Shown here: piece by piece, positions 59,122 to 64,000 of the stretch
Layout of the letters: the number at the start of each line of letters is the position of its first letter
How positions within the stretch are numbered: position 1 is the stretch's first letter
Origin: Nitrosopumilus sp.
GTDB taxonomy: Archaea > Thermoproteota > Nitrososphaeria > Nitrososphaerales > Nitrosopumilaceae
Reading direction: 5' to 3'
Assembly: GCA_965218785.1 (NCBI GenBank)
Contig: OZ244650.1
Location: 160,001-224,000, forward strand
DNA length: 64,000 bases
Notes under the pieces: generated by a model
What the model was told of the DNA's origin: nothing
The model's input: only the letters and a program-made list of their open reading frames with translations
Databases searched by the model: none
Program-made: the position numbers and the translations under genes

Positions 59122-59982
59122 ATGACTCGTGTAATAGTTTTAGGCAGTTCAGGATTTTTAGGAAAACCTCTATGTCAGGAATTAATGAAAAATTTTTTTA
59201 GCACCAAATTCATGATTCATAAAAAACAAAAAAACCTCCAAAAAAATGAATTTTTAGGCGATATTTTAGATAAAAAATCTTTATTGAAAATTGTAAAAGA
59301 TAATGATGTTATTGTAAATCTTGTGGGGCAATATGATGATAATTTATCCAAATTTTTTGATACAAATATCAAAGCAGGATTAAATCTAGTGGAAATTGCA
59401 AAAATTAAAAAAAATATTAAAATTATTTTTGCATCATCCATCAACGTATATGGTGAGAACTGCAAATCCCCTTCCAAAGAAACCGATATTCCAAATCCAA
59501 TGACCACTTATGGAATAGGGAAATTTTTAACTGAGCAACTCTATGAAAAATACTCAAAACTTTATGGATTTGATATGACCATCCTGCGATTCTCAAATTT
59601 ATATGGAAAAAACAAAAAATCAGGTTTAATAGCAAACCTGATCAAATCCAGCAACAAAAATCCAGCATATCTCACCCATAATGGAAACCAATACCGTGAT
59701 TTTTTGTATGTGGATGATGCAGTAGATGGAATTATTCAAGTTGTTAAAAAACAACCCAAAAAATTTCAAATTTTCAACATTTCATCGGCAAATAAAATCA
59801 CTGCAAAAAAAATTACAAGATCCGTTGAATCTATATCCAAAAACCAAATTTTCTACAAGTACACAAATAAAAAATCTGATGAAAAATGTATTTGGGCTGA
59901 TAATTCCAAATCCCATAAAATACTTGGGTTTTATCCAAGAATATCCCTTGATGGTGGTTTAAAAAAAATATTAAAATCCTAA
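59122..59982 (+). CDS. NAD-dependent epimerase/dehydratase
   Basis: GSSGFLG, ASSINVYG, YGIGK, RDFLYVDD. Confidence 0.87.
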   Translation: MTRVIVLGSSGFLGKPLCQELMKNFFSTKFMIHKKQKNLQKNEFLGDILDKKSLLKIVKDNDVIVNLVGQYDDNLSKFFDTNIKAGLNLVEIAKIKKNIKIIFASSINVYGENCKSPSKETDIPNPMTTYGIGKFLTEQLYEKYSKLYGFDMTILRFSNLYGKNKKSGLIANLIKSSNKNPAYLTHNGNQYRDFLYVDDAVDGIIQVVKKQPKKFQIFNISSANKITAKKITRSVESISKNQIFYKYTNKKSDEKCIWADNSKSHKILGFYPRISLDGGLKKILKS

Positions 59983-59989
59983 AAACCAA

Positions 59990-60883
59990 CTAATTATTTT
60001 TTTTTGAATATAAAAGATCATAGATAATTGCCAACCCCCCCGTTGTATTTAATTTAATAAAATGCAAAATATTGCTGAAAAATATTTTTTTACCAATATG
60101 ACTAAAACACCATTTTGTAAAAGGATAATATGGAAAAATTCTTCCAATTTTATTGTGTCCTAATTTTTTAGTAGATGCTAATATCCCTTCTGATGAAAAA
60201 CCCTCTCTACAAAATCTGATTAATTTTTTTTGAATAATATGAAAATCCCCATATTTTAGAACGTTTAGAATTGTTGCCAAATCTACTGCTAGAAATGACT
60301 CATTAACAAAACTTTTCTTTAGCGCATCTGTTCTAAAAATTCCGTATAATGCCTGCGCAGAATTAATTCCGAGATATATTTTCACTTTTTCTTCATAATT
60401 TCCTACTGCTTCTTTAGGACAATATTTACTCCATCTACATTTTTCAATAATTTTTTTTATATATTTATTAGAAAATACCTCCCTTTGATCCGATGCACCA
60501 AAACTATCAACGTTTGTAATTGAACCCACAAATTCTCTCTCTCTCTCTAGAAAACTAATATTTTCTTTAAGAAAATCTTTTTCCCAAAAATCATCAACAC
60601 TTGCCCAAACAAAATATTTGCCCGTTGCTTTATCCAAGACATATTGAAAATTTGAAATTATATTGATCCCATTTTTTTGCCGTAAATTCATGATTCTTTT
60701 GTCCTTTTCCACATTTATCAAACAAATTTTTTGTGTCATATCTGTGGAGCAATTATCTGATATAATTAATTCAAAATTAGAATATGTTTGATCCAGAATT
60801 GAATTTATTCTTTCTGAAAGAAATACTTCTCCATTATATACGGGCATACCAATACTAACAAAAGGTTCCTTACTATCTTGCAT
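59990..60883 (-). CDS. GT2 glycosyltransferase
   Basis: VSIGMPVYNGE, SDNCSTD, WASVDD. Confidence 0.9.
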   Translation of the reverse strand: MQDSKEPFVSIGMPVYNGEVFLSERINSILDQTYSNFELIISDNCSTDMTQKICLINVEKDKRIMNLRQKNGINIISNFQYVLDKATGKYFVWASVDDFWEKDFLKENISFLEREREFVGSITNVDSFGASDQREVFSNKYIKKIIEKCRWSKYCPKEAVGNYEEKVKIYLGINSAQALYGIFRTDALKKSFVNESFLAVDLATILNVLKYGDFHIIQKKLIRFCREGFSSEGILASTKKLGHNKIGRIFPYYPFTKWCFSHIGKKIFFSNILHFIKLNTTGGLAIIYDLLYSKKNN

Positions 60884-61319
60884 TTACAATTTCAAAATTT
60901 TACTTACATTAAAGGTTACTTTAACATCCGTAAAAATTTATTTTGAATACTTGCCGTAAACTGGATATTAAAAACCAAATAATTTATGATTTTTTTAATA
61001 TGAACACGATCCTTATTTTAATTTGAATTCATTAGCAACATCTCTTCAATTACCTAGTTCTGGAGTTGGTGAATCAAAACGGCATTTCATGAACAATAGA
61101 TGTCCTGTATAATAATTTCTAGGCACAAATTCTAACATATGATTTTTCAGAATATCAAAATTTTCAGGCATAAATTTAACCAAAATCCAGAAATATATGA
61201 AAACAATGCTTTGCAAGTGCTCTAAACAGTGCTTCGAATCAATTCCTGCCTCTAAAAACCTACAATTAAAAAAATTCAAGAGTAACAGATCTGCAAAAAA
61301 ATTCCCTTTTATTGAAAAA

Positions 61320-62210
61320 CTATTGAATCTCTGATCTCTCATTTTTCATTAAAATAGCCCCACTTTTAATTCCCTTTATTTTTAAACCGGTTTCTTTTAG
61401 TATTTTAGAATTCTTTAGATTTACATTAACTCTTTTTACTGCAAGTTTTAATTCTTTTGAATTAATGGGATTAATTTTTGTTTGATCATAACCAAAAATT
61501 TTAGCCACTTCAATTGACCACTTGTATCTATTAATAAAATCAGAACCCACAACATGAAAAATACCATTTGATTTATTTTTTAATAATTCTGATGTAGCTA
61601 AAACGATTTCTGGCACATATGTGGGAGTGTTATACCAATCTTCCACTTCATTTAAAATTTTACCTGCACGTAATGTGTCGAGAACCCTTAAAATCGAATT
61701 TGTATGTTGCCACTTTTCCACCCAACAATATGGCTGGTCAGTTCTCAAAATCAAATATTCCAATTGAGAATCTTTTGTTATTTCCTCCCCCTTCATTTTA
61801 GTATAACCATAATATGTTGATGGTGATGGTTTGTCTTCTTCATAATACTCTTTTTTATTTCCATCATAAACAAAACTTGTTGATAAATATACTAATTTAC
61901 CATTAATTTCTTTACAGCCTTTTACGGTATTTTCAATTCCTTTTACATTTACCTTGTATGCTAATTCTTTATCAGTTTCACATAAATCTATGTTCGTAAT
62001 TGCCGATGAATAGATGATTATTTCGGGATTGATTTTTTTTAAAAAATTTACAGTTTTACTTGAATCAGTTATATCTAACTGATACTCTTTAGAAGAACTG
62101 TTTGTTCTATGTGTGTTATAAGTGTGAAAAGTATCATGACCATTTTCCGAAAAAAACTGTACCATTTTTGATCCAATAACTCCACTTCCACCAATAATGC
62201 AAATTTTCAT
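61320..62210 (-). CDS. rfbD: dTDP-4-dehydrorhamnose reductase-like (RmlD)
   Basis: GGSGVIG, DLCETD..LAYKVN, STSFVYDG, YYGYTK, NTPTY. Confidence 0.85.
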   Translation of the reverse strand: MKICIIGGSGVIGSKMVQFFSENGHDTFHTYNTHRTNSSSKEYQLDITDSSKTVNFLKKINPEIIIYSSAITNIDLCETDKELAYKVNVKGIENTVKGCKEINGKLVYLSTSFVYDGNKKEYYEEDKPSPSTYYGYTKMKGEEITKDSQLEYLILRTDQPYCWVEKWQHTNSILRVLDTLRAGKILNEVEDWYNTPTYVPEIVLATSELLKNKSNGIFHVVGSDFINRYKWSIEVAKIFGYDQTKINPINSKELKLAVKRVNVNLKNSKILKETGLKIKGIKSGAILMKNERSEIQ

Positions 62211-62212
62211 AA

Positions 62213-62962
62213 TTATCTAGAGATTTCACTGATATCTTTTATACATTTAAGATATCCTGATGGCGCTGCAGTAAATAATAATTTTTCTTCAATTTTTTTA
62301 TTAATTTTAAAGCGCTTGTTGCTCTTTAGAAATTGCTCTACTGCGGTTTTTGGATTATTATTCTTGCCCCAAGGACGATTTTTGGTAAGTTCTTCAGGCA
62401 TGTTTTGAATAATTGTGTCAAATACTATGATATAGCTGCCTTTTGACACCAGTGGGGCATATGCAACTAATTCTTTTAGCACATGATCATGTGTATGATT
62501 TGAATCTAGAATGACCATGATTTTTTTCTTTTCTTTGGCAAAATTATGAACTTTTTTAATAATTTCTTTACTTGTTGAAGAGCCCTTTATCATAGTAATT
62601 CGTTTATACAAAGAATGTTTTTCAATCTCTTCCTTGTTATGTTTTCTAATGTCTATGTCGATTCCAAGCACTTCTCCCTTTCCAATCAATTCCAATATTG
62701 ATGCAGATAAAACCAATGATCCCCCATGAGCTATTCCGGTTTCTATGATTAAATCCGGCTTTATTTTCCAAATAAGCTCTTGTACAGATAAAATATCTTG
62801 GGGATATTGGATTATGGGACGACCCAACCAAGAAAAATGATATGAATATTCATATTTTAAAGATTTTTCAAACCACTCTTGACTATATTTTTTAAATTCC
62901 AAATCCTTAGACATGATTTTTGTTAATTCATTATTTCTATTTTCAAATTCCTTCTTTAGCAT
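62213..62962 (-). CDS. CmcI (cephalosporin hydroxylase-family) methyltransferase-like protein
   Basis: WLGRPIIQYPQD, IIETGIAHGGS, LDSNHTHDHV, PWGKNNNPKTAV. Confidence 0.9.
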   Translation of the reverse strand: MLKKEFENRNNELTKIMSKDLEFKKYSQEWFEKSLKYEYSYHFSWLGRPIIQYPQDILSVQELIWKIKPDLIIETGIAHGGSLVLSASILELIGKGEVLGIDIDIRKHNKEEIEKHSLYKRITMIKGSSTSKEIIKKVHNFAKEKKKIMVILDSNHTHDHVLKELVAYAPLVSKGSYIIVFDTIIQNMPEELTKNRPWGKNNNPKTAVEQFLKSNKRFKINKKIEEKLLFTAAPSGYLKCIKDISEISR

Positions 62963-62996
62963 ATCCTGAATTTATTAAATCACTAATTAAATATTT

Positions 62997-63536
62997 TTAA
63001 AAATCATTTCTATGAAAAATGGGATTTGATGAATCTTTTTGTGAAATTACCGTTGCTTTTAATGGCCATTTAATTTGGAATGTATCATCATCCCATTTTA
63101 CCCCCTTTGCATGTTTGGAATTATAATATTCTGATATTTGATAAAAAACTTCAGTATTATCCTCCAAAGTTTGAAATCCATGTGCAAATCCTTTAGGTAC
63201 ATATAACATCTTGTAATTGTCTGAACTTAATTTTATAGAAAACCACTCTTTGAATGTTTTTGAATCCGGTCTAAGATCAACTACCACATCAAAAATTTCA
63301 CCTTTTACACATCTCACAATTTTATCTTCTTCATATGGTTTTGTTTGATAATGCATCCCGCGAATTGTACCTTTTCTTTTATTTGATGAAATACTTGTCT
63401 GAACAAATTCTGTCCCTAGTCCCACTTTAGAAAATTCATCTTTATCCCATATTCTGGAAAAAAATCCTCGCTCGTCTTCTATTTTTTCAATTTCAATGAC
63501 ATATACACCAGAAAGTTTGGTTTCAGAAAAAATCAT
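62997..63536 (-). CDS. rfbC: dTDP-4-dehydrorhamnose 3,5-epimerase (RmlC)
   Basis: DERGFF, GTIRGMHYQ, VDLRPDSKTF, GFAHGFQTL. Confidence 0.93.
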   Translation of the reverse strand: MIFSETKLSGVYVIEIEKIEDERGFFSRIWDKDEFSKVGLGTEFVQTSISSNKRKGTIRGMHYQTKPYEEDKIVRCVKGEIFDVVVDLRPDSKTFKEWFSIKLSSDNYKMLYVPKGFAHGFQTLEDNTEVFYQISEYYNSKHAKGVKWDDDTFQIKWPLKATVISQKDSSNPIFHRNDF

Positions 63537-64000
63537 ACTATTATCACCTCGGGAATTAGTATGACAAATTTTCCTCCCCAGTCACGAATAAATGAATTTT
63601 CATCCATGATCTCCTCTTTAATATTCCAGGACATTATAACTACAAAATCCGGTTTGGTTTTTTTAACCTCTTCGGGTTTTTTTACCTGTAAATGTGAACC
63701 TGGTAGATACAATCCTTGTTTGTGTGGGTTTTTATCCACAACATATTCTATGTGTTTTTTTCCTATCTCACAAAAATTTAAGAGGGTATTTCCTTTTGCT
63801 GCAGCTCCATAACATACAATTTTCTTCCCATTTTGTTTTGTATTGTCAAAAAATTTTATTAATTCCTTTTTAACTAGTTTAATTTTTTTTGAAAATTCCA
63901 AATAAACTGACATATCCAACAATCCAAAATCTTTTTCTTTCTCTAAAAGTTTTTTTACAGAATTTTTTATTTCAAGATTTTCATTTGCTTCATGTTTTGC
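63533..64000 (-). CDS. NDP-sugar C-methyltransferase, C-terminal part (5' end beyond window)
   Basis: YGAAAKGNTLLN, KQGLYLPGSH, SWN, GGKFV (Methyltransf_14-like); frame open to position 64000. Confidence 0.88.
   Translation of the reverse strand, partial: AKHEANENLEIKNSVKKLLEKEKDFGLLDMSVYLEFSKKIKLVKKELIKFFDNTKQNGKKIVCYGAAAKGNTLLNFCEIGKKHIEYVVDKNPHKQGLYLPGSHLQVKKPEEVKKTKPDFVVIMSWNIKEEIMDENSFIRDWGGKFVILIPEVIIV

Noticed and set aside
61046-61342. 98-aa ORF downstream of rfbD
   Set aside because: Atypical composition and no motif; probably spurious or a decayed fragment.

Overview
Chromosomal segment of an ammonia-oxidising archaeon (Thaumarchaeota, Nitrosopumilus-like). This is inferred from gatDE, tes, cdc48, pelota, archaeal SRP RNA, RPA, grpE-dnaK-dnaJ and frequent TTG/GTG starts. 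About 1-32 kb is mostly core genome: Lhr helicase, RPA, an ABC-2 exporter, tRNA-Gln, the Hsp70 system, tRNA-Leu, GatDE, Cdc48, uL2, SRP RNA, a tRNA thiolase, site-2 protease, pelota, DtxR and TrmB regulators, and tetraether synthase. It is interrupted by a ~3 kb accessory islet after tRNA-Leu that carries a three-gene YwgA/Panacea-like + antitoxin + RelE module between inward-facing IS3-type ends. About 32-64 kb is a visibly AT-richer surface-glycosylation island. It holds glycosyltransferases, a flippase, nucleotide-sugar enzymes, a nonulosonic-acid cassette (neuA/B/C plus three Gfo/Idh/MocA oxidoreductases and an SDR) and a C-methylated sugar cassette, plus pseudogenes and IS/MITE scars. Several Cys/His-rich micro-ORFs missed by the ORF track were found by reading the sequence. 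All family assignments come from motif recognition only; no database searches were run.
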